This document shows positions 25,623-38,943 of a stretch of 64,000 nucleotides of DNA, piece after piece. Location: assembly GCA_965285935.1 (NCBI GenBank), contig OZ260661.1:129518001-129582000 (forward strand), given 5' to 3'. Position 1 is the first letter of the stretch, and the number at the start of each line of letters is the position of its first letter. The notes below the pieces were generated by a model. It had not been told where the DNA came from and ran no database searches. It saw only the letters and a list, made by a program, of their open reading frames with translations. This stretch comes from Ophelia neglecta. Lineage: Eukaryota. A program made the translations under genes and the position numbers.

Positions 25623-26059
25623 GTCAGAAACCAGCGTAAAAAACCAAGTCAGAAACCAGCGTAATATACAAAGTCAGAAACCAGTGTAATATACAAAGTC
25701 AGAAACCAGCGTAATAAACCAAGTCAGAAACCAGAGTAATATAGAAAGTCAGAAACCAGCGTAATATACAGTCAGAAACCAGTATAATAAACCAAGTCAG
25801 AAACCAGAGTAATATACAAAGTCAGAAACCAGTGTAATAAACCAAGTCAGAAACCAGCGTAATATACAAAGTCAGAAACCAGCGTAATATACAAAGTCAG
25901 AAACCAGCGTAATATACAAAGTCAGAAACCAGCGTAATATACAAAGTCAGAAACCAGAGTAATATACACAGTCAGAAACCAGCGCAACATACCTCGTCAG
26001 AAACCAGCGTAATAAACCAAGTCAGAAACCAGCGTAAAAAACCAAGTCAGAAACCAGTG
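25623..26059. repeat. 25-bp minisatellite GTCAGAAACCAGCGTAATATACAAA, ~17 copies
   Basis: 25-bp period (25871 to 25896); diverged units upstream at ~25414-25470. Confidence 0.95.
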
Positions 26060-28669
26060 AAAAATGAAAAAATACCGTCAATACCAGAACAAGAAAGAAA
26101 TTATGTTCTTCACCTTAGTGCCTACCGAAGTAAGAGCGCAAAAGAACCGTTAATAGATTTATTATAAACTGAACTGATATATGTATATGTATATATAAGA
26201 ACCGTCTGGTAGCGGAGGACGGTAAATCTCTGGTGAGTCGGGATCAGGGTTGCTTTTTTCTAATAGACCGTACACAATTTATACCACTTGATTCCCTAGC
26301 CTCCTGTGTATACCTGTCACAATCCAGCCCAGTCCTCGTACGATAGCCACTGATGAATTGCTGAGGTTCTTTGAAGGTACGGCGCTAGTTTGCATAGCTT
26401 ATCCATTCCTTTGCTGATTAGACACAAACAGTCAATTCACTGAAGCTTATTATATTTTATACTGGTGTTTTTGATTAATGTTTTTGATTATTTAGAATAC
26501 GATCAATAATTCCCTGTTCGTTTTCTAGCCAAGACATGAAAGCGTAGCACTCCCGGGACCTCTATACGCTTATCATTAGCTTCTTGTAGCTTGCAGTTTT
26601 CTTGTAGACGATTTCAAACCGTTTTACCAGCCTTCGGGTGGTACCTTCCTCCCCTAATGATAATGATTTGTACATACATTGTTTTTTTACTGTTTTTTTT
26701 TTTACCAAAAATACAGCTCATACTTCATTTGAAGGTTGTCTTACGAGAGGCAACAGAATAGATAGGGAAATATATCATACTCGAAGAGTAAGGTCTTTGG
26801 TATTCTCGTTTTCCCTGTTGAGGAAAATGAATTGCCCCAACGGTGTACGATACAAATTAAACGTACAAAACGGCAACTACGGCCTTGTAGGAACCTTTAG
26901 AAGGCACACTTTCAATCATTATGAAACGCTTGGGCACCCCACATATGCCACCCTGCCTTTCTGTGCGCATGGGCGTATAGACAAATCTGGTCAGGATGAA
27001 TATTAACCAGTGACCAGCCTCTAGATTATCAATACATTCGATACGGGTCAGTCCTCTCGGAGCACGATTTGGCTCCAAACTCATTGCTCCTTTGAGCTGC
27101 ACTTGTGAAGTATATTCTCGATTGATATATTAGCCATTAGATCAGGACTTGGCCGGTTACTCAATACAGTCGTGTCCATCACTGTCGGTGAAGAGTGCTT
27201 ATGGGGTAACCTACTCGTGCTATGACGTAAAGGCATGGCTCAGTCAGTCAAATCTACTCAATAGTTAACACTCTTACGTATACTCGTCAATATAAATAAG
27301 TGAAACTGGCATAATGAAGTGTAATTATTGGTAATCTAATCACGTATTGTAAACCACTATGTACAGTAAATCACTATGTTGAGCAATCACCCAGCAATAA
27401 CCCAGTTGCGTGACTGAAAATTATCCGTACGTTGTTTCAATGGTTAACCAGTTAGTTTTGGTACGCCCGAACAGTGTACGCTCCTGTACGGTAAGGAAGA
27501 ATCGTAGACTGTGATGAGTGTGGCGTGCTAGTAATTAGAATTAGTAATTAAGGTGACATATTCTAGTCATTGGGGGTAAGTAATGAGAGAGTGTGGTAGG
27601 GACCCGTTCCAGCAGATTCACCTCCTACTACAAACTGGTCAAACAATGAATTAAAACATCGTGGAGATCAGAACACATCAGTATTACATCAGACCTATCA
27701 GCCGAATCTTGACATTAATGAAAATTAACACCAGACACTGCCAAATTGTAGGATGGCATGCGATTGTATAGGACTTCTAGACTTAAACAGTCAGGTAAAA
27801 AAAACTCGCCGACGGTGTATACATGATTATAGGCTAATTAATGAACTTATAAAACGCCCGGCGTCCACACGTGTTGATCCGCCCGGGCACTGTTGTGTTT
27901 ATGCTATGATGACTTTCTTTATAGAATTTGCTAGAGCTTCTTTGAAGATAAATGGAGTTAACCGGTCAACGACCTAAAGATGTCTGTACGCATGCCTGAA
28001 ATCGCCGTAAAGGTTAATAGGAAGTCTCGGCCTTTCCTCTCAGCCGGAGGATTGTGACATTGTGTATCACCATTGAGCTATGGGTCATTAGGCAGTTCAA
28101 GCCAACCACCGAAAACTATAATTCAACCTAGTTTCTCGCTTGGCTCGCCTCATATTTTGCCACAAACCATCAAGTACTTGTCAACGAATTTGAGTCGGCC
28201 TCTTTAGATTTCCCTCGCAGACGGATAGCTTTCAATCTTAAAGTGCTCTCTGGTTCCCTGTCATTTTTTTCATATATCCGCGTCCTATTTAATCTCAGAT
28301 TATAGTGTTGTTCCAATTTTGGCCCCAGACTTTGGTAAGAGGATTGAAGGCGCCACCTATCTGTCATTGGGTTGCTGAGAAACATCGAACGAGAGTCTCG
28401 TTTAATTATTCAGGTTGAGTGGTTTAAACTTAATTGTATTAAAACGGGAAATACTGTTCACCAACGCACACTCATAGCCAGGGGAAATAGAGGGGGCGAG
28501 ACACTAACAACATTTGTAAGCCCCAGCTGGTCCTTACGCAGTGTCACCCTGGTGATTTAAAACCTTCAAACCTTTCCAAAAAGTTGTCTCGTTTAGGTTT
28601 ACTGCGAACAGCTGGGAAGAGGGCCCCCCAAAAACTAAAATGTAAATATGACCCAAAGGTCTAAGAAAA

Positions 28670-29005
28670 ATCAAATGTCTATCTATTCGTTATTTTTCAG
28701 CTACAAATGGGCTTTGTAAAAAAAAAACCAAATATCTGTTGTTATTTGCCAGCCAGCTAGCAGGACTAAGTGCAGCAAGCAGCATATTTCACTGCTCCCG
28801 AGCAGCATATACAGTGCCTTATACAATTACATTGGTTAAGAACAAGGGTGTGCAACACATAGTTCCAAATAGGGATCTCTAGGAGATGATCTCATGGCAG
28901 CCGGCCAAGAAGTGTGTCTGCAGATCTGTTCTTATGAGGTTCTATTGCCAGCTAGCTGAAAGAGGCATCGGAGTAGATATTCATCAGAACAGATTGTCGG
29001 GGACC
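28670..29005 (-). repeat. Diverged copy of the 24090-24420 dispersed repeat
   Basis: Contains ATATTTCACTGCTCCCGAGCAGCA, CTAGGAGATGATCT and GATCTGTTCTTATGAGGTT in the same order as 46765-47100. Confidence 0.75.
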
Positions 29006-30817
29006 CCGTGGGAGACAATGGAGCCTACTGCAACCTTAATCTTGGTAACTAAAATCGCTCCCATAAGACAACGTGCCATCAAGAGCACTGTGTGTTTGAC
29101 CTTCAAGCGTGTCAAATGTCAGAGATGCAATCAGTCAAGCTCTTTAAGATGGCAGCCGACACTGCTCGAGTCGTCATTCGTATCACCCCCGGATGTGGCG
29201 GCGTCTTTGACAAACTATATGTCATGCGGCGCAGCAGGGGTATCTAATGGATTAAAACGATTAGTGGGAGTAGCTTTCAAACCTTTGGTCGATGTAATCG
29301 TATTAGAGCTCTCAATATCAAGACCCAGCCCCAAAGTCGTCCATTTAGCGTGTCCCCCCTTGTCCCAGATCGGGGGCAGCTCATGGACTCCCACACACAT
29401 CTACCAACTTATTGTCTCTACTAAAACGGCCAAACAGTGTGGCTAAAGAGCTTTCGAATTTAGAAGTAATTCGTATTTAAAAGCGTAGCAGGTCCTGCCA
29501 GCCATACAATGACAGCCAAAAGAAATTGTGTCCCTGACTTGCCAATTATATAACGATTGGAATGTGACTTGAACGACTTTGAATGTGAAATGCTTAGGAC
29601 TTATGATATATAACACAAACATATCAGACATTCTACGTCGGCAGTACAAACATTAATCTTCTGCTTTTTACTAGGAGTAAAAGACAGGTTAAATCTTACA
29701 CTCATACAAAAACGCCATTTTCTATGTGAAGAACTTGGCATGTTTAATTATGTTTGAACGTGTACAAATAGCTTGTACTTATATTCAAATGTGACTGCCA
29801 ATGATTGAAAAACACTTTCAATGCCATATATTTTTTGGCGACTGAATTCCTGCAACTGCCATTAACTCAAAGGAGAAAATTGTTTTGTCCAGGCCACGTT
29901 TTATTGTGTTATGATTAATTATGTAGCAACTTACACCGTGAATCGTGAATAGCGTCACCTAAATATAACTGCAAGTGTAATGAATTATTCAAGCATTGGA
30001 TTAAACAATCGTTAAGCCTAAGATTAGCTCAATGCAGGTTTGGCGCTAATATAATATGTCATTGATTCGTTCGCTGTTGACTACCAATCCGCCTTTCTCC
30101 TCGAACGGCAAAACCCATCAACAAAACTCTCAAAGAGCTCTCGGGTAGACCGTCCGCTGGTTTCAGATTATGCATATAATTGATATGTTCTATTTGTAAC
30201 GTATCTTGGTCTATCTGATAGGGTGGTGTGTTATATTTATTGGTGCAAAGGGACGTATAATATCATTTTGTCCCCCGGACTTAAAACTCAAGGGCAATGC
30301 GACCCCTAGGACGAGATATACCAGTATTATGCCCCGGGTATTTTCCATCGGCGGACATGATAAACCTAGTTAGGATTCATAGCTAATGTCATGTAGGTTG
30401 GCTATGTATAACGTGGGACCACAGCGCTTATGTAGCAAGACATGTACTCCCTGTGGTCAAATACAGTATAGTAACACATTTGGGTTTGATTAAACGGGGC
30501 TTTGCCTTGAGCAAACAAGACATTTTAACAGTTTTAAGGGTTCAGATCGCACTATCATATAATATTGATAATTTTAATTTACGTGCATTTATACCTGATT
30601 GTACCAGTATATGTGTTGGAGTGTAACAACACCCCCTCAGCTCTCTAGATTAATTCCTAGTCTCGTGCACGGATAATGTATTGATTACAGTAATGATTTG
30701 ATTTGCATATCGCCTTTATCCTGCTTAAGGTGCCTTAAGTTGTTCAAATATTGCCTTTCGTTGTTGAAATTGCCACTGTTTGCGGCCTTCATCCATTTAT
30801 TTTTATTACTTTCACAG

Positions 30818-30928
30818 GGTTACTTAGACGCTAGTGACCGAGTCCGGTAGGCGACAAGAGCGCCTTTAAACAGTGAGAAGACTATCTAATCTGTTGTGGA
30901 AAATCACCCATCTCTTCCCACGGCTGAT
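30818..30928 (+). other. Candidate non-coding internal exon (111 nt)
   Basis: Acceptor TTTTATTACTTTCACAG| and donor GAT|GTAAGT; stop codons in all three frames. Confidence 0.4.
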
Positions 30929-31904
30929 GTAAGTTTATATTAGTATCTTTGACTAATAATTAACTGAAATATTGCTTTGTGTGCCGCTGGGTTTAGAACA
31001 TTTCGACTGGGCTCAGTATGTGGCTACCAGCTATTCAGGGATTTATGACAGTGATTTGTGGGGGTTAGCTTGACCTGCGGAATATAATTTTAGAGCTAAA
31101 GAAAACCGACTGTACTACCTGGTGCAGGTAGGCACGCACTGGAGAATATTATATATACGATGGGAATACCTGGGTAAAATCGAAGCCAATAATCTACCTG
31201 AACAGGCTTGTCGGTTGGAGACAAGGTCGACACAATTAACACGCTGAAGCCTGTGATATAATCATAAAGCTAATTGCTTCTTTCTCTCTCGACAAGTGAC
31301 ACTCAGACGTTAAAGTTTCAACATCGGACAGCCAGTAAGGCTTGCTTCATTCATGACGGTAGTTATGTTACTGATATTCTCTGACGTAAACGACCGGAAA
31401 CAATGTCAATAACTCGTGTAAGAACACTCCTCACCCACACTCTTGATGTTAATTGACATTACACTTACGAATATCTGATGACCCATGTATACCTCCTGTA
31501 CGTTGCCTGGGAACATTTACAGTGACCCCTAGGGACGGACTTATTCTGATAAACCACCACCAGCCAATACTGCGTCCGACTTAAACCGTCTAGAGACGTT
31601 TAGGCTCTATACAGGGGCTGATTTAAACCGTCAAGGTTCATATAAGCTCCACAGGGGCCGACTTAAACCGTCTATAGAGACCTTTAGGCCCTATAGCCTA
31701 CAGGAGCTGATTTAGACCGTAGACATACATATAAGCTCCACAGGGGCCGACTTAAACATAACAGTCTAGAATCTACCGTGGCGAACTCTGACCCCTAGAA
31801 AACCATGGGTTCTACCGGGCAGATTTAAATCACCAAAAGGGAACTAGTTATGGCATTTCCAGAGGGACAGTTAAATTATCCATGGACCTATCAGTTCAAC
31901 ATGA

Positions 31905-33295
31905 CCAGGATTAGGTCCCCTGAGGGCCGGGGTGCTACGGGGCCAGGCTTAGGTCCCCTGAGGGCCGAGGGGCGACGGGGCCAGGATTAGGTCTCCTGAG
32001 GGCCGGGGGGCGACGGGGCCAGGATTAGGTCCCCTGAGGGCCGGGGTGCTACGGGGCCAGGCTTAGGTCCCTGAGGGCCGAGGGGCTACGGGGCCAGGCT
32101 TAGGTCCCCTGAGGGCCGAGGTGCTACGGGGCCAGGATTAGGTCCCCTGAGGGCCGAGCGGCTACGGGGCCAGGATTAGGTCTCCTGAGGGCCGGGGGGC
32201 GACGGGGCCAGGATTAGGTCCCCTGAGGGCCGGGGTGCTACGGGGCCAGGCTTAGGTCCCCTGAGGGCCGAGGGGCTACGGGGTCAGGATTAGGTTCCCT
32301 GAGGGCCGAGGGGCTACGGGGCCAGGATTAGGTCTCCTGAGGGCCGGGGGGTGACGGGGCCAGGATTAGGTCCCCTGAGGGCCGGGGTGCTACGGGGCCA
32401 GGCTTAGGTCCCCTGAGGGCCGAGGGGCTACGGGGTCAGGATTAGGTCCCCTGAGGGCCGGGGTGCTACGGGGCCAGGCTTAGGTCCCCTGAGGGCCGAG
32501 GGGCTACGGGGTCAGGATTAGGTCTTCTGAGGGCTGAGGTGCTACGGGGCCAGGATTAGGTCCCCTGAGGGCCGAGGGGCTACGGGGCCAGGATTAGGTC
32601 TCCTGAGGGCCGGGGGGCGACGGGGCCAGGATTAGGTCCCCTGAGGGCCGAGGGGCTACGGGGCCAGGATTAGGTCTCCTGAGGGCCGGGGGGCGATGGG
32701 GCCAGGATTAGGTCCCCTGAGGGCCGGGGTGCGACGGGGCCAGGCTTAGGTCCCCTGAGGGCCGAGGGGCTACGGGGTCAGGATTAGGTCTCCTGAGGGC
32801 CGGGGTGCGACGGGGCCAGGCTTAGGTCCCCTGAGGGCCGGGGTGCGACGGGGCCAGGCTTAGGTCCCCTGAGGGCCGAGGGGCTACGGGGTCAGGATTA
32901 GGTTCCCTGAGGGCCGAGGGGCTACGGGGCCAGGATTAGGTCTCCTGAGGGCCGGGGTGCGACGGGGCCAGGCTTAGGTCCCCTGAGGGCCGGGGTGCTA
33001 CGGGGCCAGGCTTAGGTCCCCTGAGGGCCGAGGGGCTACAGGGTCAGGATTAGGTCTCCTGAGGGCCGGGGTGCGACGGGGCCAGGCTGAGGTCCCCTGA
33101 GGGCCGGTGTGTTACGGGGCCAGAATTAGGTCCCCTGAGGGCCGGGGTGCTACGGGGCCAGGCTTAGGTCCCCTGAGGGCCGGGGTGCTACGGGGCCAGG
33201 CTTAGGTCCCCTGCATGCATGAGGGCCGAGGGGCTACGGGGCCAGGATTAGGTCCCCTGAGGGCCGAGGTGCTACGGGGCCAGGCTTAGGTCTCC
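31905..33295. repeat. 38-bp GC-rich minisatellite, ~36 copies
   Basis: Unit CCAGG(A/C)TTAGGTC(C/T)CCTGAGGGCCG(A/G)GG(G/T)GC(T/G)ACGGGG with a 38-bp period (31981 to 32019). Confidence 0.97.
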
Positions 33296-34223
33296 GGGGA
33301 CCTATGGGAGTCTTCAGGCACCTACTTTGCCCCCCCCCCCCCCCCCCCGGGACTATCAGACGAGCTATAGGGTCTAAAGGGACAAACTTAGAAGCCCCTG
33401 GGGAACTATGGAAATATAGGATCTACAGAGACAGACTTAGATCACCCCCATACGCCGGGGAACTATAGGGACGGATGTATACCCCCCTTGGGAACCTAGG
33501 TTTATATGGGCTGACTTAAATCCTCTGGGGACCTCTATGGTATACAGGACTCGACTTAGACCGCTAGGGACTATAGTGGCCGACTTGGACCACTGGGTTA
33601 AACAGGGAAAAACTTACACCTCATGGAGACCGAGGGTTTTGCAGTTGCAGGCTTAAACACCCCATAGAGACCAAAGTACTACCGGGGCTGACTAATGCCC
33701 CCTAGGAACCTATAACCTCCACAGTGGCAGACGTATTGAGTTGACCTCAATACTCCCCCCCTCCCTCCACGCACGTAGACCAATAGTTATGTTATTTCCG
33801 TGACCTTCCTTGCCCCGTTACTACATGTTTCAGCCACCCGTTACCTACTGATTTCTTTATGTGTGTATTTTTTACCTCGGCTGAGGAATATCAACTTAGT
33901 TTTTGTGTGTACATTTGATTAATACAGGCATACCAGGCAGTAGGATATCCAATTTCAATGATAATTATCTATTTTCGTGCTTCGTTTGGCATGTGATGAT
34001 CCACTGGGTTAATTATCTTCATGCATGATTTGCCATTGATAATGATCAGTAGCGGCCCCTCGTGCCGTAAAGCGAGAAGTCTTCTTGGCAACCGCCCTCT
34101 AATCTCCGAGATTTAATCGTCTGGTGATCGAAACTTGGTAGGACTTCCTGCACGGATGTGTTTAATGGGCATAACATGACTTTGTTATTTTTAAAGTTGG
34201 TGGGATACTATCACATAGGGGGA

Positions 34224-34430
34224 ACCGGGGATGGTTGTAGCTTTTTTCAAAATGTATGGATCTGTTTCTCTCAAACGTAACCAGATATAGCAAATCTGTT
34301 TTTTTTCTCAAGCAAATCTGGACAACGCAGATTTAAACATTTTTTTAAATAGTTTCTCTTTTCAAAATGCCCATAGCTTCTGGAATAAATGACTCTTAAA
34401 TCGGGAAAATATGTTACAACTTACCCCGGT
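34224..34430. mobile_element. Degenerate TIR MITE (ACCGGGG..GTTGTA termini, pogo-like)
   Basis: ACCGGGGATGGTTGTAGC ... GTTACAACTTACCCCGGT form an inverted pair; a related solo end lies at ~40894-40919. Confidence 0.55.
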
Positions 34431-34532
34431 CAGGGGTTTGGTGTGCCAAGGCCTACATTGTGTATGTATTGTAAATCAATAAATTTCAGCATTATTTAAA
34501 CAGTTGTTTATACCAAATTAATTTGGCAGCCA

Positions 34533-34768
34533 NNNNNNNNNNNNNNNNNNNNNNNNNNNNNNNNNNNNNNNNNNNNNNNNNNNNNNNNNNNNNNNNNNNN
34601 NNNNNNNNNNNNNNNNNNNNNNNNNNNNNNNNNNNNNNNNNNNNNNNNNNNNNNNNNNNNNNNNNNNNNNNNNNNNNNNNNNNNNNNNNNNNNNNNNNNN
34701 NNNNNNNNNNNNNNNNNNNNNNNNNNNNNNNNNNNNNNNNNNNNNNNNNNNNNNNNNNNNNNNNNNNN
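34533..34768. other. Assembly gap (236 N)
   Basis: Run of N. Confidence 1.
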
Positions 34769-36580
34769 TAAACCATGAAACCGATCGTACACTGGATAGT
34801 GTATGTTGGAATGACACATCGATTAACCTAATATCTTGTTAACTAATGGATCCACAACAGTATTAGTAACCCACCAAGTTTTCACTTTAATGTGCAAAAA
34901 CTTAACTTAATCGCGACGTTCCCGTAATGGTTCCCATTGATTCACAACATATAGTTTTGTAGCCAATATATAGGTCTGGATGTAGCATTTAGTTTCGTAT
35001 GATACGCGTGTTCTATAAGCTCTTCGACTTGATTTATGATGACAACACTCCTTTATATATAAACCAAAAGATCCCGGACCATTGCCTTCCTGTTGATGAA
35101 CAAAAGGGTCCCGATCTCTTGCCCCCCCCCCCCCCCCCAACCTCCCGAGCAACAAGGGAGCAACTTCCATGCCCCATAAAATCAACAAAAGGAGTCCCCA
35201 TCCGTTGTCCTCCTCCCTCTAAACCAACGAAAAAGGGACCTGACTCATTGTCCCCCTCTGGTTCATCAAAAGGGGCCTTTTACACTTACCCCCGCCGTCT
35301 CAAGATCCCCAAGAAGGGCCTCTAACCTTGCCCCCGCGCCCCTCCATACATCCTCACAAGGGGCCTCTAACCCTTACCCCCCCCCCCAAGCCCTCTCTAG
35401 ATCCCCTATGCAGGTGTCGTCGACCTTCTTCACTGTAGACAGATTTAGCGTCCTCATCAGGTATTTCATACCCGTTATTACGCATGCGTTTGGCTAATCT
35501 CATCACCTCATCAAGAGCTAGTAGCCCTTACACAAGAGGCCGCCTTAATTCCAAAGTACCAATCTCGACTGTGTCCTTTTCTTGGAGATTTACTGCTCAG
35601 AAGGTGAGAGGCGCACATCGTTTTAGATGCCCATTATGGTAACGGTCTTATCGGGTACCAACGTAAAGTGGATTATGGCTCCATACCTCGCCTGCAAGAC
35701 CGCCTGGGGAATTCTAAGAAGCCTTTTACTTTGTGATTTTTTGTTGACATGTATTTTTGTGAGTCCCTGATCCCCGAAATAAAGGCGACGAAAGCTATCA
35801 GATTCTCATCAGATCCTCATCGGCGTTCGTGCTCGCAGCCCACTACATGTCACGCTGCCGGAGACGAGCCAGCTATCAACCGACTATATGCGCATGCGCA
35901 CAGGATACGGATGCTGCTTATAACTTCCTGCTGACTTTGGTCCACCGCCCTTATAGTTTAATCACTGATCAACCTCTATATATTAATCTTATGCTTAACC
36001 GTGGCAAACTCGTGTCTCCGCAGCTGGTCTTTCCAGGAGCGCAGCTAGTATACAATACGCAGGAGTAAAGTTTAGGGTAAATAAATGGGCTTAATACAAT
36101 ATCTCTGTAAAAGGTTAATAATAACTCGCTTCAGACCGTGATGGGGAAATTACCCACGGGCTGCTGGCCTCTGCCCACTGTGATGTTAGGTTATTTCTGC
36201 AGTAATCCTCGTGATTGCGTCTAACTTAATGGCTTCTGTTTATCGTGCTCATTGTATTTATTTTATAATAAGTGACCCCCGTGTAGATATAAAGAATGGC
36301 CGATAGGCCTACCAAATCATTGCTATGGTTTCGAGCTGCAGCTTGTTTTGTCTAATTGGCGGTAATTTGAATTGGGCTCTCTTTCAAGTCACGTGATGCG
36401 TGAGGAAGCTGTGTTTCCATGAAATAGAAAGCGATGGCAGTTTTAGCCATGATCGAGAAGCACGTGGTATAAATAAATGGGTCCAGCCGCTTGAGGCAGC
36501 GGCTGTGGCAGGGGACCTCAGCAGGGGACCTTGGCCGGGCCACAGAGGGCGTCCGCGTCCGGAGAGCCGGGGCGGCCAGA

Positions 36581-36810
36581 CTGCGTCTCAGGTGGCCTCG
36601 GCCGGGCTACAGGGAGCAGCAGCCGGCGGCCGGGGTGCAGAGAGCAGCGGCCGGCCGGGACCGCGTCTCAGGGGGCCTCGGCCTGGCTACAGGGGGCAGC
36701 AGCCGGCGGCCGGGGTGCAGAGAGCAGCGGCCGGCCGGGACCGCGTCTCAGGGGGCCTCGGCCTGGCTACAGGGAGCAGCAGCCGGCGGCCGGGGCGCAG
36801 AGAGCAGCAG
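36581..36810. repeat. 80-bp very GC-rich tandem repeat, ~3 copies
   Basis: GCGTCTCAG recurs at an 80-bp period (36583, 36663, 36743); internal GCAGC.GCCGGC sub-repeats. Confidence 0.9.
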
Positions 36811-38743
36811 ACGACATTGACCTGGCCGCAGTACACAACATTCCTCTGTGGATCCCTGTCCGGCAGAATGCTTTTTTCGTTCCAGCCGCAGTGCTGACGG
36901 TGAAATTAATATCTTCAACAATACGTTCGCTGCAGCCAGGTGCATGCACCAAGAAGGCCGCAAATACTGGCTGCTGCCGGAGCAAAATGGACAGCGACTT
37001 GAACCTTTTTCTCACGCCGAAGACCGTAGTTTATAACAAAGTTAAATAACATAAAATTAATGTGTTATTTCTTACATAAACCACTGATGAGTCATTTTGT
37101 TTTAAAGTGTTCCTAAAGTTACCTTCCTCTTTGGTTATACCCATACAAGGATATATGAGGCACTTCACACGCTGTCTACACATTCAAAACAAAAAAGAAC
37201 AAAATATTGTTTCATAAACTGTCAGACGCATAAGCGAATGAAAGACTTTCTCATTGAAAGAAATTATTTCAATTATAGCAACAAAAAATATCCGTTTCAC
37301 AACACAACAGATAATGTACGGGAGGTGAAAACTGCAAAGGATCATGTTATTTAACAAACACCTTGGTTTTTACTTCATTGTAAGGGATCTGAGAACACGA
37401 GAGAAGTTCTTAAGCTTAGAGCTATGTCACACAATCAACTGTCCACAGGCCCGCCCTGGAATTGGTGAATCTAGGATTTTCATACTCCGGCCTGTTTGGA
37501 ATTTCTTTCTTTTTGGGCTAAATAATTTTCTTATTCGAATACGAACAAGGCACCTTCTGTGGTATCATAAATTATTTGCAAACATCGCTTTATTCAGGTA
37601 ATCAGTTTGTTTATTATCGCCCAAGGACACGGACGTATCAACATGAAGGACATTGATACAATTCAAAGGACTGTTTTATTGCTATGCTGGTGTATTTAAA
37701 CGAACGCAATATTGAATCGACCACAGGAAGCTTTAAAGAGACGCTTTGAATAATGTGTCATGTCATACTATAAACACGAATAAAACACAAGCAACAAGTT
37801 TTATCAATGTAAATCAGACATCCCAACTTTTTGTACATGTTAAGAAGGAACTTTGTTGAAGCTATTGAAAGTATGCAACGCAAATAGGCGTGTGACTTCT
37901 TTATTGTCAGTTTTGTCATAGGTTGGAAAAGATTTACAAAGTACTCTTCGGTGAAAAACAGAAATAGGCGTTATTTTGACAGTGCAGTACTTCACTATAT
38001 AAGTGTGTTATGTACATGACTTTAGGGGACGGGTTGCTATATTTAAATCAGATTGATGTTTTTCTGGTTGTCGTCTGCCATTTTGGTGGCCCTCAGTGAA
38101 TGCAGAATTCAGGTAATGAAATATTTTCAAAATGTCGCAGATTTTTCTTCTCTAGATCTGGATGTAAAACACAGGATAAAAGTTTCACCTACACACACAC
38201 CGGCTAGTTACAAATGTCATAAAACTCAGCAGACGAGAGGTGGCTATTCTAGCATATGTAATCTAGAGCTGGCTGTAGCTGCAACGTCCAATCAAAGTCA
38301 GTAGGGTAGCCTTACTTGGCTTTTTTTAAAATAAGGCTAGACCAATAAAAACAGTCACTAGTTTTTGCAGAAATTTCAAGCTGCTTATTAGAACAGGACA
38401 CAGGAAGAAAGGTCGCGTAGACATAATTAGGAAATGTGATCTCCCTTAAACCGTTACCGAGTCAGTGTCCATAAGGCAAATATATTTCTCGGTCTATATC
38501 TACATGTATACCTGTTTTACTTACTGGCCTAAATCATTTATACCTAATCAAGGGCTGATCGTTACAGTTTTAAACCCCTTCAAATACTTACTTAATAGTT
38601 TTATGTCAAAGTGTTCAAAGTTTGAACAAGCATGATAAGCCCTAGATGGCTTAAATTTCTGCAAGAAGCAAAATAGCAACGACTACTTGATGTGCAATTA
38701 AACGGTGCGCGCGATTAGGCGATAATAACGGTTATATCCGGTT

Positions 38744-38943
38744 ATTTCGCTCACCGTTCAATTCCGGGCATTAAATATAACTTTATACTGCGCTGCATTT
38801 TATTGCGCGGAACTAATAGTGCTTGCAACTGCGCGGAATAAGCCTGCTTCCTTCGCGGAATAAGCCTGCTTCCTGCGCGGAATAAGCCTGCTTCCTGCGC
38901 GGAATAAGCCTGCTTCCTGCGCGGAATTAGACGATGAGCGATA
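38744..38943. mobile_element. TIR element of the TCGCTC family with an internal 22-bp tandem array
   Basis: ~27-bp imperfect TIRs ATTTCGCTCACCGTTCAATTCCGGGCA / TGCGCGGAATTAGACGATGAGCGATA; GCGGAATAAGCCTGCTTCCTGC x4 at 38833-38920. Confidence 0.75.

Noticed and set aside
28886-29446. Longest ORF in the track (186 aa)
   Set aside because: Starts inside a dispersed repeat copy, has no recognisable domain and no supporting splice structure.
25623-33295. 25-bp and 38-bp arrays as possible CRISPR arrays
   Set aside because: Head-to-tail units without unique spacers, no cas genes, eukaryotic context.
34492-34819. ORFs of X residues
   Set aside because: Artefacts of the N gap.
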